Shown here one piece after another: positions 29,211-38,681 of a stretch of DNA of 64,000 nt. The number at the start of each line of letters is the position of its first letter. Within the stretch, counting starts at the first letter, position 1. Both the position numbers and the translations under genes were made by a program. The notes under the pieces were generated by a model that ran no database searches, was not told where the DNA came from, and saw nothing but the letters and a program-made list of their open reading frames with translations. Source of the stretch: a bacterium (lineage in GTDB: Bacteria > RBG-13-61-14 > DATKZS01); assembly GCA_963674965.2 (NCBI GenBank), contig CAXXFL010000006.1:384001-448000 (forward strand), read 5' to 3'.

Positions 29211-30854
29211 TTACCGCGGCTCCTCCGGTGGTTTTTCGCTTGGCGGACCCTCGTCTTCCTTATAGTATTGCCAGAGGCATTTGTAAACGACCATCCAGTT
29301 GCTCGCCACGATTTGAGTCTCCGGAAAGGACCTGTCGAAAAGGGGCACGAACACGGACCCATCGTCGGCCAATCCGGGGTAGGTTTTGGGAAAAAGCGCC
29401 AGGTAGTCCGGCTTTTTATCACTCAAGTAACCAAGCAAGGATTTGGACCTGGCCTCGGTCATGCCCTTGCCTTTTACGTAGGGCACCACCTCGGGCGTGA
29501 CCAGCCCGACGATATCTATCACCTTCCTATCAGTGTAAAACCCAATTGCCCCGATGTCCATGGTGGCGATGACCGAGTCCTCGCTCGTTATCTCGGACAA
29601 GCACGACGCGATGGCCACGTGCATCGAGTTTATCTCATCGGCGCAGTTGACGATTATCTTGGGCCATCGATAAAGCCCGTAAACGCCGGGCGCCACCATC
29701 AGGAGAGCGGCCGCCAGCGGAGCGTAACGCGCAACCAGTCCCGTTTTCGTTTCAGCTTCGCCGCCGGCTTCCGGCGACGGCGTCTTGAAATAGTTAACGG
29801 CCGTCTCGGCGAGTCTCGCCGCGAGGACCAGAAAAAAGGGCAGCACCGGAATCTGGTAGCGGCAGAAGTGGTAGGGCATGGGCGTCAGGATCATGGAGGC
29901 CGCGTAATGGCCGAAAGCCCAAAGTGCGACGGCCCCCTCCCCCGAGGTGAGATAACCGAGGCGCGTCTTGACCGTCAACCAGACCGAGCGAAAAAGAGCG
30001 GCGATGACGAGAATGGAGACGACGGGGTTGTCCATCCAGAAGTACCAGGTCGACCAGTAAAGGTAGCGGCCTCTCTCGCGCAAAAGGTCGTGCTGCTTGG
30101 CCACGTAGGTCGAGGGCATGGGATGGCCGGTGGTTACGAAAGCGAAAACAATATAGGGAAGGACCAGCGCGGCGTAGACGGCGAGCGCGGACCATGGAAT
30201 GGCCCTCATGAGCCGCGAGAGGATGGTCCCCTCATCTTTAATGGAGACGCGCGCCATGAAATGGAGAGTCGAAACGAGGAACAAGAGGTAGCCCTCCGGC
30301 CGGGCCAGCGTGGCCAGCCCGAGAAAGGCCCCCGTGGCCGCGCCCATTTTTCCCTTCTCCTCGTCCTTTACAAGGAGCAAAATGGAAACGGCCGAGAGGA
30401 CGGCGAACAGGTCGGTCTCCATGCCGCTCGATCCCGCCCAGAGGACGCGGCCGTTAAGGGCGACCAGTGCCGCGGCCGTCAGATCGAAGGGCTTTTTTAC
30501 GCCTATCCTCCTTGCCAGGACGAACGCCAGGGGAGGAACCGCCGCGTATGAAAGAGCGGAAAGCCAAAGCGAGGACTTGACCAGGAAACTCTTCGACCCA
30601 AAGCCGAAAACGGAAAGCAACAGTACCCAAAGAGGAGAAGTCGTCCCGGGCACGATCTCCCCCGGATTGAAGCAAAAACCCTCGCCCGACGCCAAGTTGC
30701 GGGCGAAGCGAAGATGGATATAGGTGTCGTCCAGGGTCGGGCTTATGCCCCCCAGCTTGAGCGCCTCGTAAATATAGACGGCGCATATCAGGACAAGAGC
30801 CAAAGCCGCGGCCAGGGCCAGCGACCAGGCGAAGTATTTTTTCTCCGAGTTCAA
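29211..30854 (-). CDS. GT-C-like polytopic membrane glycosyltransferase
   Basis: DDTYIHLRFARN, GTTSPLW, SGMET, LARPEG, DIGAIGF, DIVGLVTP. Confidence 0.75.
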   Translation of the reverse strand: MNSEKKYFAWSLALAAALALVLICAVYIYEALKLGGISPTLDDTYIHLRFARNLASGEGFCFNPGEIVPGTTSPLWVLLLSVFGFGSKSFLVKSSLWLSALSYAAVPPLAFVLARRIGVKKPFDLTAAALVALNGRVLWAGSSGMETDLFAVLSAVSILLLVKDEEKGKMGAATGAFLGLATLARPEGYLLFLVSTLHFMARVSIKDEGTILSRLMRAIPWSALAVYAALVLPYIVFAFVTTGHPMPSTYVAKQHDLLRERGRYLYWSTWYFWMDNPVVSILVIAALFRSVWLTVKTRLGYLTSGEGAVALWAFGHYAASMILTPMPYHFCRYQIPVLPFFLVLAARLAETAVNYFKTPSPEAGGEAETKTGLVARYAPLAAALLMVAPGVYGLYRWPKIIVNCADEINSMHVAIASCLSEITSEDSVIATMDIGAIGFYTDRKVIDIVGLVTPEVVPYVKGKGMTEARSKSLLGYLSDKKPDYLALFPKTYPGLADDGSVFVPLFDRSFPETQIVASNWMVVYKCLWQYYKEDEGPPSEKPPEEPR

Positions 30855-30908
30855 AACGCGAATAATTATATCACAACTTCCTCACGCCGCCCTTTCACTC
30901 CTCCCGGC

Positions 30909-32633
30909 CTATGGGGCGGCCTGGCGCCTTAAAATAGTCCCGTTTTTCGCGCCCGTGTGCCTTCCGCCCTCGACGGTGACGACGCCGTTGACGAGGACCA
31001 TTTCTATTCCCTCGGGATATTCCTGCGTCTTCTCGAAGGTGGCCACGTCCCGAACGTTCTCGAAGTCGAAAAGAACCAGGTCCGCCTTGTACCCTTCCTT
31101 GAGAAAGCCCCGGCCCTCGAGACCCAGCTTGGCCGCTCCCATGCCGGTCATTTTATGGACCGCCTCCTCGAGGGACACGAGCTTCTCCTCCCTCGCGTAC
31201 TTGGAAAGGAAACGGGGGAAAGCCCCGAAACTCCGGGGGTGCTGGCCGCTCGCGGCCTTGCCCATCCCGTCCGACCCGATCATGACGATGGGAGAGGCCA
31301 GGGCCGCCTTGACGTCGTCCTCATCCATCATGAAGCTGATTATGGTGATATCGTGTCCCGTCTCGGCGATGATATCCATGCCCAGGTCCAGAACGTCGCC
31401 CTTGAATCCGCGCGCCTTCTTGACCTCTTTAAAGGTCTTGCCGTCATACTCGGGATGGCCGTACACGCCCACCACCAGGTTGCTCCCGCTCAAGACGTAC
31501 TTGACCAGGCCGATGGCGATGGAATCGGGCGCCAGCTTGAATATTCCCGTCTTGGGCAAAAAGCCCAGCATGCGCTCCTCGGCGAAGGCCTTGACCTCTT
31601 TCCTCGTTTCCTCGTCCTTAAGGCCGGCGATCGCGGCTTTGAAGTCGCCCGACTCGAAGACGGAGGGCGGCATCATGATGGCGGACAAGGAGGTCGAGCT
31701 GGCGACGTAAGGGTAGACGTCGCCGGTCACGTCCATGCCCCGGTCCCTGGCGGCCTGCATCTTGGCCAGCACCTCCGGGACTTTCCCGTAATTGGGCGAT
31801 CCCACGGCCTTGACGTGGCTTATCTGCACCGGGACCCCGGCCCGGTCTCCAATCTCGATGGCCTCGTCAACGGCGTCCAGGACGCCCGATCCCTCGTCGC
31901 GGATGTGACTGAAATAGGCTCCGCCGTAATCGCCCGCGACCTTCATAAGCTCGACCAACTCGTCCTCGTCCGAGTTATAGCCCGGCGGATAAGCCAGTCC
32001 CGTGCTCATGCCGTAGGCCCCGTCCTTCATGGCCCCCTCGAGCAGGGCCTTCATCTCCTCCAGTTGTTCCTGGCTGGGCCTTCCTTGCGCGTGCCCCATG
32101 GCCGTCTCCCGAATGATTCCGTGGGGCGCGAGCATGGCCAGGTTGACGGAGGTCCCGTTCGACTCGACCTCCTTGAAATAATCGGCCAGGGTCGCGAACT
32201 GGAGTTTGCCGTCCTCGAGGCCCAGCGCCGCCAGGTAGCCGGCCAGCATGGAGGAGCTTTTCGGCTGAGGGGCCAGGGCGAAGCCGCATTGGCCTCCCAC
32301 CACCGTGGTCACTCCCTGCCTGACCACGTTCTCGGCCAGGGGCTGGCGCGTGAGCTGGAAGTCCAGGTGGGAGTGCATGTCGATAAAACCCGGGGCCAGG
32401 ACCATGCCCTTGGCGTCGATCACGCGCGTGCCCGCGGGCCAGTCGAGGACCTCGCCTATCTCCTTGATCCGATCTCCCTCGACCAGCACGTCGCCAGTGA
32501 AAGACGGGGCCCCCGTCCCATCCACTATACGGGCCCCCTTGAAAAGCACCGTCTCGGACGCGGCAGTGGAAGCGAGGAAGACGAACGTTAAGAAAAATAC
32601 CGGCAGGGCGCGTAATAAGTCTTTCGCGCGCAT
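30909..32633 (-). CDS. N-acyl-D-amino-acid deacylase (amidohydrolase), signal peptide
   Basis: APGFIDMHSH, GQCG, STGLAYPPG, SHIRDE, QISHVK, GSDG, HPRSFGAFPR. Confidence 0.9.
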   Translation of the reverse strand: MRAKDLLRALPVFFLTFVFLASTAASETVLFKGARIVDGTGAPSFTGDVLVEGDRIKEIGEVLDWPAGTRVIDAKGMVLAPGFIDMHSHLDFQLTRQPLAENVVRQGVTTVVGGQCGFALAPQPKSSSMLAGYLAALGLEDGKLQFATLADYFKEVESNGTSVNLAMLAPHGIIRETAMGHAQGRPSQEQLEEMKALLEGAMKDGAYGMSTGLAYPPGYNSDEDELVELMKVAGDYGGAYFSHIRDEGSGVLDAVDEAIEIGDRAGVPVQISHVKAVGSPNYGKVPEVLAKMQAARDRGMDVTGDVYPYVASSTSLSAIMMPPSVFESGDFKAAIAGLKDEETRKEVKAFAEERMLGFLPKTGIFKLAPDSIAIGLVKYVLSGSNLVVGVYGHPEYDGKTFKEVKKARGFKGDVLDLGMDIIAETGHDITIISFMMDEDDVKAALASPIVMIGSDGMGKAASGQHPRSFGAFPRFLSKYAREEKLVSLEEAVHKMTGMGAAKLGLEGRGFLKEGYKADLVLFDFENVRDVATFEKTQEYPEGIEMVLVNGVVTVEGGRHTGAKNGTILRRQAAP

Positions 32634-32697
32634 GATCTAGCCTCCTTGCTGTCCGGAAGACGACGAAGAAGTCGGATTTCCCCCGGATAATTCAAGT

Positions 32698-33480
32698 TTA
32701 TTTTTCGGCCTCGCGGTGGACCCGCTTAATCGAGGAGGCCTTCCCCGTTTCGGAGTCGCACTCGATGAGCACGCCGTTAAGCTCGACCGGGCCGCCGGCG
32801 GTCTCGAAGCGGTTGGGCATACCAGTGATGAACTTGCGGAGCACGGGCTCGATCTTGACGCCGATGACCGAGTGGCTGGGTCCGGTCATTCCCACGTCCG
32901 AGATATAGGCCGTTCCCTTGGGCAGGATTTTCTCGTCGGCCGTGGGCACGTGGGTGTGGGTCCCCACCAGCGCGGTTACCCTTCCGTCCAGGTAATACCC
33001 CAGGGCCTCCTTTTCGCTGGTGGCCTCGGCGTGAAGGTCGACCAAAATCACGCGCACGTCCGGGTCTATCTCGGCGAGAAACCTGTCGGCTGATAAGAAG
33101 GGACAATCGACCGGCGGCATGTAGACCCTGCCCGCCAGGTTGGCCACCGCCGCCGGGCCGCAGTCGGTCTCGACCACCGCCCATCCCCGGCCCGGCACGC
33201 CGTCGGCGTAATTGTCGGGCCGGATGAGGCGGGGACAATCGCCGATTTCCCCGATGAAGTCGCGCCTGTCCCACACGTGGTTGCCCGTGGTCATGACGTC
33301 GACTCCCAGGCCCACGAGCTGGTCGTATATCTGGCGGGACATGCCGAAGCCCCCCGCCGCGTTTTCCACGTTGGCCACCACCAGGTCGGCCTCCAGCTCG
33401 TCAACCAGTTCCGGCAAAAGCCTGGTGAAAAGCTTTCGGCCCGGCTTACCTACCACGTCCCCGATGAAGAATATATTCAA
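32698..33480 (-). CDS. ymdB: YmdB-like metallophosphoesterase (TIGR00282)
   Basis: GDVVGKPG, NVENAAGG, GNHVWD, DLHAEATSEK, GTHTHV, DVGMTG; follows rny. Confidence 0.93.
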   Translation of the reverse strand: MNIFFIGDVVGKPGRKLFTRLLPELVDELEADLVVANVENAAGGFGMSRQIYDQLVGLGVDVMTTGNHVWDRRDFIGEIGDCPRLIRPDNYADGVPGRGWAVVETDCGPAAVANLAGRVYMPPVDCPFLSADRFLAEIDPDVRVILVDLHAEATSEKEALGYYLDGRVTALVGTHTHVPTADEKILPKGTAYISDVGMTGPSHSVIGVKIEPVLRKFITGMPNRFETAGGPVELNGVLIECDSETGKASSIKRVHREAEK

Positions 33481-33543
33481 ACCATCGCCTTTCCATGTCC
33501 GTCTCCATGGCCCGCGCCTCGTTTCGAGGGCGGCCCAAAGTCC

Positions 33544-35103
33544 TTACTTCGCGTAATCGATGGCCCTGGTTTCCCTTACCACCATGACCTTGATCTGTCC
33601 GGGGTAGGTCAGTTCCTGCTCGATTTTCTTGGCGATGTCCTTGCTGAGGATGACGGCCTGCTCGTCGTCCACCTTGTCGCTTTGCACCATGATCCTTATT
33701 TCCCGCCCCGCCTGGATGGCGAAGCTCTTCTCGATGCCCTTGAAGGTCCCGGCGATTTTCTCGAGTTCCTCGAGCCTTCTCACGTAGGTCTCGAGGGTCT
33801 CGCGGCGCGCCCCGGGCCTGGCCCCGGAGAGGGCGTCGGCGGCCTGTATCAGGTTGCCCAGTATGGTCCCGGGCTCGTCGTCGTGATGGGAGGCGATGGC
33901 CTGGACCACGGCGGCGGACTCGCCGTGCTTCTTGGCCAGCTCGGCGCCGATCTGGGCGTGGGACCCCTCGACCTCGTGGTCAACGGCCTTGCCCACGTCG
34001 TGGAGAAGGCCCGCCCGCTTGGCCCGCTTGATGTTTATGCCCAGCTCCGAGGCCATGACGCCGCATAAAAAGGCGACCTCCATGGCGTGCAGGTACTGGT
34101 TCTGGCCGTAGCTGGTCCGGTACTTGAGGCGGCCGATCAGCTTGATAAGCTCGGGGTTGACCCCGTGGACCCCGAGGTCGAAAGTGGCCTGCTGCCCGGA
34201 CTCCCGCACCCCGTCCATGACCTCCTTCTCCGCCTTGCGCACTATCTCCTCGATGCGCGCCGGATGGATGCGGCCGTCCTGAATCAGCCGCTCGAGGGAA
34301 AGCCTGGCTATCTCGCGAGCGATGGGGTTGAAGCTCGAGAGGACCACCGCCTCGGGCGTGTCGTCCACGATCAGGTCCACGCCGGTGGCGGCCTCGAGCG
34401 CCCGGATGTTGCGGCCCTCCCGCCCGATGATCCGACCCTTCATCTCGTCCGAGGGAAGGGCAACGACCGTAACCGTGCGCTCGGTCACGTAGTCGGCCGC
34501 GTAGCGGTCGATGGCCAGGCTGAGTATCTTCTTCGAGCTCTTCTCCGCCTGCTCCTTGGTCTCCTCCTCGATCTCCCGAATCTTGCGGGCCGCCTCGTGC
34601 TTGGCCTCCTCGAGCATCGAGTCAATGAGCTGCTTCTTGGCCTCCTGCGAGCTCATGCGAGCCACTTTCTCCAGCTCCTTTTGGGTTTCCTCGATGAGCT
34701 GGTTGTATTTGTCCTCCCTGGACTTGAGGTCGTTGTCCCGCTGCTGGAGCTTTTTGTCCCTCTCCTGGAAGTCCATCTCCTTTTTGTCCAGAAGCTCCAT
34801 CTTCTTGTCCAGGTTCTCCTCCCGGTGGATCAGGCGCTGCTGCATGGACTTGTGCTCGTCCTGCAGCTTCCTGGACTCGGTGTCCATCTCCAGCTTCGCC
34901 TGGTAAAGGAAATCCTTGGCCTGAAGCTCGGCCTCCTTCACGATCCGCTTCGAGTCCGAGTCCGCCTCCCTCCTGATTCGCTCGGCCTCCTCGGCCGCCG
35001 CCAAAACGCGGCTGCCGCCCAGCTTCTTCAAGCCCATGTAAAGGCCGGTGGCCCCCAGTCCAGCGCCGATTAAAAACAGAAAAACGTAAGCTAAAGTCTC
35101 CAC
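33544..35103 (-). CDS. rny: ribonuclease Y
   Basis: N-terminal TM, coiled coil, KH ([13 protein letters not shown]), HD (LLHDVGK), [12 protein letters not shown]. Confidence 0.98.
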   Translation of the reverse strand: METLAYVFLFLIGAGLGATGLYMGLKKLGGSRVLAAAEEAERIRREADSDSKRIVKEAELQAKDFLYQAKLEMDTESRKLQDEHKSMQQRLIHREENLDKKMELLDKKEMDFQERDKKLQQRDNDLKSREDKYNQLIEETQKELEKVARMSSQEAKKQLIDSMLEEAKHEAARKIREIEEETKEQAEKSSKKILSLAIDRYAADYVTERTVTVVALPSDEMKGRIIGREGRNIRALEAATGVDLIVDDTPEAVVLSSFNPIAREIARLSLERLIQDGRIHPARIEEIVRKAEKEVMDGVRESGQQATFDLGVHGVNPELIKLIGRLKYRTSYGQNQYLHAMEVAFLCGVMASELGINIKRAKRAGLLHDVGKAVDHEVEGSHAQIGAELAKKHGESAAVVQAIASHHDDEPGTILGNLIQAADALSGARPGARRETLETYVRRLEELEKIAGTFKGIEKSFAIQAGREIRIMVQSDKVDDEQAVILSKDIAKKIEQELTYPGQIKVMVVRETRAIDYAK

Positions 35104-35128
35104 GGTTTGTCTCCTTCCCTATATATAT

Positions 35129-35737
35129 TCAGCCGCCGCTCCGATCGCCGGACGGCAGTACCTTGCTTTCCGTGACGATGGCCGATAAAAACACGTCGTG
35201 CTCGTCCATGGGGACCTCGCTCACCAGTTGGAAGTCGTAGCCGACCCCCACCAGCGCGGCCCCCGGCCTGGTCTTCTCGAGCACCCGGTCGTAACAGCCC
35301 ATGCCATATCCAAGCCTTCCCCCTCTCCGGTCGAAGGCTATGCCCGGAACGAGGACGAAGTCGAACTCGCCGTAGTCCGCGGCCTCCCCTTCCGGACCGG
35401 GCTCGGGAATCCCGAGAGGGGAGATGATCAGGCCGTCCCAGTCCGAGACCCGGAAGAAATCCAGCTCGGGCCCTTTTCCCCGCACCCGGGGGAGAAAAAC
35501 CCTGACTCCTTCCCGAATCAGGTCCTCGAAAAGAGGCCGGGTGTTCACCTCGAGGTCGGCCGAGGCGTAAAGGGCCACGTTCCGGCGTCCCTGTAAAAGG
35601 CCGCTTTCCTTAAGACCGGCCATGACCCTGGCGCTCATGCGCCGGGCGCTTTCCTCGGACAATCCTTGCCTCATGGCCCGGATTTCCCTTCGCAGCGCCT
35701 TTTTTTTCTCCCGTATCATCGCGGACGTTTCGCTCAT
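35129..35737 (-). CDS. ygfA: 5-formyltetrahydrofolate cyclo-ligase
   Basis: KKALRREIR, EVNT, LPRV, GIPEP, VPGIAFD..GGRLGYGMGCYDR, HDV. Start 35737 or 35719. Confidence 0.92.
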   Translation of the reverse strand: MSETSAMIREKKKALRREIRAMRQGLSEESARRMSARVMAGLKESGLLQGRRNVALYASADLEVNTRPLFEDLIREGVRVFLPRVRGKGPELDFFRVSDWDGLIISPLGIPEPGPEGEAADYGEFDFVLVPGIAFDRRGGRLGYGMGCYDRVLEKTRPGAALVGVGYDFQLVSEVPMDEHDVFLSAIVTESKVLPSGDRSGG

Positions 35738-36115
35738 ATCCAAACTAAAGGTCGGATCGGACCAAGGGCGCAAGACGCCCCGCCTGGGGAAGGCCGTTAT
35801 CGAGGAGAGTAAATGGACCTATTTGGAAATATTGATACTATGGCTCGCGACGTTGGGCTATATCGCCCTGGGCTTTTGTTGTCCCACTATCGAGTCCCAA
35901 ATACAATATTGCGCCGACGCCGGGAGAGCAAGGCACTACCGATACGAAATTTTCCCGTCGTCTTATTACTTCAAAACCATCAAAGGCCATGGACTTCTCC
36001 GTTTGAAACGGCTCTCATTTTCCCGCTTTGGCGAAAGCGCGCCAGGCTATAAATACTACTTTTATCGCCTGGTCCGCGGTTTCGCCGCCTTGGCGATCGA
36101 TCCGGATTAATTGTC

Positions 36116-36306
36116 ATCCCCCGCTTCTGCCGTGTGGACGGCCATTCTCAGAACCCGGTGAAACCAGGTGGGCGCCGTATTGACGCTTTTGGATCCTGAA
36201 CGAGACGGTAAGCTCTCCAGGTTCACGCCACGACAAGGAACAGCCCCCAATCATGAGATATCGGTTCAAAAGATACAACCGGCCAATCACGAGCAGCGCA
36301 GGGGAT
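36116..36306 (-). ncRNA. ssrS: 6S RNA
   Basis: Directly after zapA and before ygfA. Terminal stem ATCCCCTGC/GCGGGGGAT with conserved-looking TCGTG, TTGAACC, GCCCACCTGG..GGGTTC and CACGGC segments; ~190 nt. Confidence 0.9.
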
Positions 36307-36320
36307 AGACCTCCTAATTC

Positions 36321-36590
36321 CTATTCCGGCAAAATGGACAAAAGCTCATCGACCCGCTCATTGAGGTCGGAAAAGACTCGGTCCATGTCCGCCTTGTCTT
36401 TAAACCATTCATCGGCCACGTTCAGGGCCGTGAGAACGCCTCCCTTGGCGCTCAGTCCCTGGTTGGGCCCGCCTAACAGCCTGTTCATCATCTGGTCAAC
36501 GTAGAGCGCGACCCGCTCGATCCGCCTGGGGTCGTCCCCCTTGATCGAATAGGTCTGGCCGTAGATTTTAACGCTGTGATCAACGCTCAC
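36321..36590 (-). CDS. zapA: cell division protein ZapA
   Basis: VKIYGQTYSIKG, RVALYVDQMM, VLTALNVADE; GTG 36590; canonical position. Confidence 0.9.
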   Translation of the reverse strand: MSVDHSVKIYGQTYSIKGDDPRRIERVALYVDQMMNRLLGGPNQGLSAKGGVLTALNVADEWFKDKADMDRVFSDLNERVDELLSILPE

Positions 36591-36900
36591 CCTCGATGAC
36601 CCCCGCTTCCCGCGTCTGGAAGGAATCGGACTCGCCGTCTTCCTCCCGGCTGGACGAGTCGCCAAGAGACTCGATACTCTCGATCAGGTCGCCGATCATG
36701 GCCGAGGCTTTGGTCCTTACCGACCTCTCCTCCTCGAGCACCACCCGAAGTCGCGAATTCTCGGCCTCCATGGACCGGACCTTTTCCCTGAGCGAGGCGA
36801 CCTCATCTCGCGTCGAGCGGTTCTCGACCGCCATCTTCCTCACGCGGCGCTCAAGTTCCGCGAACTTTTCCAAAAACATACGAAGGGATTCTTCCACCAT
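36580..36900 (-). CDS. ZapB-like coiled-coil protein
   Basis: Heptad-rich 106 aa, immediately upstream of and overlapping zapA. Confidence 0.7.
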   Translation of the reverse strand: MVEESLRMFLEKFAELERRVRKMAVENRSTRDEVASLREKVRSMEAENSRLRVVLEEERSVRTKASAMIGDLIESIESLGDSSSREEDGESDSFQTREAGVIEGER

Positions 36901-36906
36901 TACTTG

Positions 36907-36935
36907 ACTATATCCTTACCCCTGAGGCAAGTCAA
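36907..36935 (-). promoter_or_regulatory. sigma70-type promoter, probably giving a leaderless zapB mRNA
   Basis: TTGACT, 17-nt spacer, TATAGT, then 6 nt to ATG 36900. Confidence 0.65.
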
Positions 36936-37153
36936 GATCGGCTTTACAAACGATTATATTTTGAGCGCAAACCGATGGGACGCGAGGCAATAAGCGGGTT
37001 TTTCATTGGGCCACGAGGCCTTCGCGGGGCGTCTATTCTTTACCGTTATAAATGCCTTTGCCGGATCGAGAACGGCGGGAACCATCATTGAAAATGAAAA
37101 AAACCGGCGATCGATTTTCATTGACGGCCGCGCTCGTGCTATCCTTATTGACC

Positions 37154-38665
37154 ATGGCTGAAAAATTCAACGCCCTGGTCATAGGCGCCGGGCTGGGTGG
37201 ACTGTGCGCCGCCGCCAGGTTGCGGCGCGAAGGGCTCAAGGTACTCGTCCTCGAGCGGGCCCCGCACCATGGGGGCACAAGTCACGTTTTCCACCGCCGG
37301 GGCTACGACTTTCCCATGGGTCCCCTTGGCTTCTCGAGCCCCGCGCTGGTCAAGCGAAGGCTCGAGGAACTGGGAGCGCGCTCGGACCTCGAGTTCAGCC
37401 GGGTCGATTACAGGGTCAGGGCCTTCGGGCTCGACCTGCCACTAAGCCTGCCCTTCGAGAGCATGAAAAAGGAATACGGCGCGGCTTTTCCCCTCGAGGC
37501 CGAGGCCGTTTCCAGGTTCTTTGACGACATGGCCTCCATCGCCGCCGCCATGAAAAACCCGGAAAAGGCGGATGCCATAGGACTCGCGACGCGTGCCGCC
37601 TCCACCAGCGCCTTCGACTACGTGGAGGAACTGTTCGAGGACGCCCGTCTGAAAATGACGCTTGGCGGCATGGGCGCGGACGAGCCCTACTCGAGCCAGG
37701 CCCTTTTGGCGGCCATGTTCCACCTTATGTGCGAGGTGGGGGTCTGGTTTCCCCAAGGCGGGGTCCGGACGATTGGGGACCGCCTCGCCGAAGTCGTCTC
37801 CTCCCGGGAGGGCGATGGAAAGGGAGAGATCAGGCTGGGTAGCGAGGTAATCGAGGTACTGATCGAGGACGGCGTGGCCAGGGGGGTGGCCCTGGCCGAC
37901 GGGACCAAGATCGACGCCGACTTCGTGGTTTCCAACGCCGACTATAAGAGCACCTTTTTGAAACTGGTCTTCCCCGAGTTCGTGCCCGAGGAGTTTTTCA
38001 TGGAGGTATTCAACTCGAGGCAGACCTCGTCCAACCTCCAGGTCAGCCTCGGCCTCGACCCGGCAAAGGCCGACCTGGGGGCCTTTAAACGGGCGCAGAG
38101 AATCGTCTACCGCCGCGGGGGCATGCCCCCCTTCGCCGAGCCCGACTGGCGCTCGCTCGAGATAAATCCCAGGGACCTGGCCGGCCAGAGCATGGAGATC
38201 GCCCTGTGGAGCGCCCACGACGCGTCCGTCGCCCCCGAGGGCAAGGCGGCCGTCGTCATCAGGGTCGAGGCGGACTATCCCCATTTCACGCGCTATCGTC
38301 CGGGACGGGGCAAGCGCGTGGACTCTTATCTCGAGTACAAGACGCGGCTGGGCAAGGCCCTGGTCGAGGAGGCGGAAAACCTTATTCCCGGACTCGGCGC
38401 GGCCGTCGAGTTCATGGACGTGGCCACTCCGCTCACCTTCGAGGAAAGAGGGGGCCGGAGCGGCGGCGCGGTGGCGGGTTGGTCCTGGAACTTCGAGGAC
38501 AACAAGGACTTCCAGGCCCGGGAAATGATACGAACGCCCCTTCACCGCCTCTACATGGCGGGTTATCAGGCTTATTCCTCGCTTTTCATGGGCGGAGTTC
38601 CCATGGCCATGGAAAGCGGAATCAAGGCGGCCGAGCTGGCGATGGATGGCTCCGGCCCCGGATAG
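37154..38665 (+). CDS. phytoene desaturase-family FAD oxidoreductase
   Basis: VIGAGLGGL, VLER, FPQGG, VVSNAD, ATPLTFE, GAVAGW, LYMAG, GGVPMAMESG. ATG 37154 precedes the Rossmann motif. Confidence 0.88.
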   Translation: MAEKFNALVIGAGLGGLCAAARLRREGLKVLVLERAPHHGGTSHVFHRRGYDFPMGPLGFSSPALVKRRLEELGARSDLEFSRVDYRVRAFGLDLPLSLPFESMKKEYGAAFPLEAEAVSRFFDDMASIAAAMKNPEKADAIGLATRAASTSAFDYVEELFEDARLKMTLGGMGADEPYSSQALLAAMFHLMCEVGVWFPQGGVRTIGDRLAEVVSSREGDGKGEIRLGSEVIEVLIEDGVARGVALADGTKIDADFVVSNADYKSTFLKLVFPEFVPEEFFMEVFNSRQTSSNLQVSLGLDPAKADLGAFKRAQRIVYRRGGMPPFAEPDWRSLEINPRDLAGQSMEIALWSAHDASVAPEGKAAVVIRVEADYPHFTRYRPGRGKRVDSYLEYKTRLGKALVEEAENLIPGLGAAVEFMDVATPLTFEERGGRSGGAVAGWSWNFEDNKDFQAREMIRTPLHRLYMAGYQAYSSLFMGGVPMAMESGIKAAELAMDGSGPG

Positions 38666-38681
38666 GAGGCAAGGAGGACAA

